The notes below the pieces were generated by a model. The model saw nothing but the letters and a program-made list of their open reading frames with translations. It ran no database searches and had not been told where the DNA came from. A DNA stretch of 64,000 nt from Vicugna vicugna. Taxonomy: Eukaryota. The position numbers and the translations under genes are program-made. Shown one piece after another: positions 61,310 to 64,000 of this stretch (its first letter is position 1; each line of letters starts with the position of its first letter). The stretch lies in contig MU062380.1 of assembly GCA_013265495.1 (NCBI GenBank), positions 4,155,540-4,219,539 of the forward strand, written 5' to 3'.

Positions 61310-61690
61310 TTTTTATTAATGCAATGACATACAATTCACCATTTTAAAGTGTACAATTCAGTGGTTTTTAGTATTATCACAATGTTATGAAACCATCACC
61401 ACTATCTAATTTCAGAACGTTTCCATCGCTCTTTAAAAGAAACTCCATACCAGTTAGCAGTCCATCTCCACTTCCCTCTGCCCTATCTCCTGGTAACCAC
61501 CAATCTAATTTCCATCTCCATGAATATGCGTATTCTGGACATTTCTTACAAACAGAGTTATATAATATGTGGCCTTTTGTGTCTGGCTTCTTTCACTTGG
61601 CATAATGTTTTCAGGGTTCATTTATGTTGCAGTAAGTACCAGTACTTCATACCTTTTTTTAGTTGAATAATATCCCATTGTATTGAATTT
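61310..61690 (-). mobile_element. L1 3' fragment
   Basis: TACAATTCACCATTTTAAAGTGTACAATTCAGTGG...TGTGTCTGGCTTCTTTCACTTGGCATAATG, a reverse L1MB-type tail. Confidence 0.75.
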
Positions 61691-64000
61691 TGAGAGGTGC
61701 ATTATTTGTCTAAAACCAGTGGCCTCTACACTTCTTGGCAAAAAGCTCCCTCTCCTGGGAGGGTTATCAGTGGGGAGTTGACATGGTCAGGGGACAGGAA
61801 GGGTATGGGGTGGGGACTCACGTTGTGAAGTGTACCCAGAATGCTGTGCGGGTGGGGCAGTTTGCACACATGCACGTGAGAGATGAGCAGAGTCGCCTCC
61901 CGTTTCTGCCTTCCGTCCTCCTCTCCCCGCCCATCCCTGGTATCTATGACTGCAGGAGACAGGGGCAGCCAATGGGCAGCCCACACCAGCTAGGAGCATT
62001 TGACTCAGTGCAAGTGTCAGCCAGTTACTGCAGTGATTCTCACCTCATCCTGTGCATGACTCAACACATCAGGTGCTTTGCTTGAGAGGAACAGCCCTAT
62101 GAATAAAATCTGTGTCGCATTTTACAGTTCACAAAACACTTTATATCTGGCTGTTACACAACCCCTGTGGTAATTATGTGAAGTAAGTCGGGGAGATAGT
62201 ATTATGCACATTTTGCATAAATTATACCAGAAGCCCAAGGAGGTTCATCAACTTGTTAAAGGTTATGATTCTAACACACAGCGGGTGGAACCACATCTCA
62301 TCTCCTAAGGCCTAGCCAGGCATTCAGCAAATATTTATGGAGCCTCTTCTATGAGCCAGGCCCTGTTCTAGATTCTGCAGATGTGGCAACAAAACAGATA
62401 AAGCCCCTGCTCTCATGACCCCAAAGTAACTTCAGTTGATATACAGCAGCTGGAGACAAGCTTGACGAGAACTAAATCAGGACAAGGGACTAATGAGTGG
62501 CAGGATGGATGGGGTCAGGGAGGATGGTGCTTGTTAGCGGGAGTCAGAGGAGGTCTCACCACAAGGGGACACCTTTCCCAAAGGAAGCAAGGGACAGGAC
62601 CGTGTGGATGTCTGGGGAGTGTGATAGTCCCCCCATGTGCCTGGTACTGTGTACAGTTCAGCCTCCATTCCCTCACAGAAACCTCAGCCCATTTTGTTAG
62701 GTAGGTGTTGCTAGGCCTGTTTGTAAAATGACACAGCAAGCTCAAAATTCAACTACAGAGGCAGTAATGAGTGCTCAGACCTGAGTTTCCCCTCCAGAAA
62801 CACTGAAGCAGACAAAACCCTTCAGAAATCTTTCAGCTTTTACTCGTACTGCGTGTAGCAGAGTCCCTGAGTATGGAAGCCAGGTCCTGGTGGGAATTGC
62901 CCAGAAGATTTTTGGTTCCTCTTTTCAGTCTGGTTCTTCCTCAGCACCAACGTCTGCTGAGGGGATCTCACGTAGGAACATCGAAGAGCCCGCTGACCTT
63001 TAGAAAAACACCCACACTTCTCAGATGGCTGGACAAAAACTCCTTAAGAACCATCACTGAAATTGGCTCACTTTCAGTTAAGATTTCTTTTTGCTAATGT
63101 CACCACATTTCAAAATTGGTTAGAAATCCTGGATTCTTTTCGGGTGAGAACAGAGCATAGCAAAGACCCTGTTATTTAGGACCCCTGATGGGCGAGCTGC
63201 TTTCTGTCATGGGGTCTGTCTGGCTCATAGCATGTTCCATGTGTCTGACAAAATCCCTAATGAGAAGAGACCAGAGGGTACCAGCTAGGGGTGAGAGAAA
63301 GGAAAGAGAGGAACGGAAACTCTTATGGAAGACCTGCTATGTACTAGGGGCTTTTCCATTTATATCACTTAATCTGAATTTAATTTTACAATGACCCTGA
63401 GAGGTAGGCATCATACCGTTTGTACAGATGAGTAAACAGGTTAATCAGCAAGTGGCTGAGGCAGCCATAGTCCACGTGCCTTCTATGTATCATTTTGCTC
63501 TCATTGTATCTCTCTCTTTTTTTAAAAATTGTATCTCTTTTTAAAGATAGTTCAGGTTATTCAGCTATTATATGCTCCTCTCAAGTGCATCTTATCATTT
63601 ATTTCCTCCTTTTCAGTTGTATTTCCTAAATCTGGGGCTGGCAACGTTCAGCACAATTGTCAAAAGAGGCGCTTTGAATCATTCTGAGGTACCTCACACT
63701 GCTGTGGAAATAACCTGTCATCACAAAACTCTCTTCCTAAATGCTGTGGTGGAGCCACACCCAGTCTGATGGAGGCTGGAAGAATGGCTGGTGAGATGGA
63801 GAGGTGCTAGTGTCCATGACCCTGCTGTCTGAGGAGAGTGGGCTTGGAAATGAGACCCCTATCCTAGTGAGGGGTTCTGTGTGGCGGGGAAGAGGCAGCA
63901 TCATACCACTGGGGGACGGAGGAGGGTGGCCAGATGTGAAAGCACTGGAGCTTTAGAGGGACTCTGTTTTTCAGTCAAGCACAGCATAGGAAAAATAACC

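Noticed and set aside
57737-64000. CD80 IgV exon
   Set aside because: No Ig-domain-like exon found on the + strand; presumably beyond the window.

Overview
Mammalian genomic DNA, most likely a camelid (a tRNA-Ala-derived Vic-1-like SINE and camelid-type L1 tails). The window is syntenic with the human PLA1A-ADPRH-CD80 region, read in the opposite orientation. It holds the complete PLA1A gene on the - strand (11 coding exons, GT-AG junctions in phase, 1371 nt = 456 aa, catalytic Ser166/Asp190/His260). It also holds the complete ADPRH/ARH1 coding sequence on the - strand (3 coding exons, 1089 nt = 362 aa) with a CpG-island promoter at about 45.4-46.0 kb. The 5' end of CD80 lies on the + strand (non-coding exon 1 and the signal-peptide exon). 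The rest is intronic or intergenic DNA rich in L1, L2, MIR, MaLR/ERVL LTR and DNA-transposon remnants, with three N gaps. I found no evidence of a wholly new gene system, and nearly all short ORFs in the track are noise. The most interesting signals are a conserved 4-nt tandem splice donor predicting the 376-aa PS-PLA1deltaC isoform, a possible 21-aa N-terminal extension and a Met-Cys N-terminus in ARH1, a templated-insertion repair scar, a perfect 132-bp-period tandem duplication, twin 25-nt CRE/Maf-like motifs around the last PLA1A exons, and a CD80 uORF. Gene identities, repeat family names and cross-species comparisons come from recalled sequences, not database searches; boundaries of old repeats are approximate.
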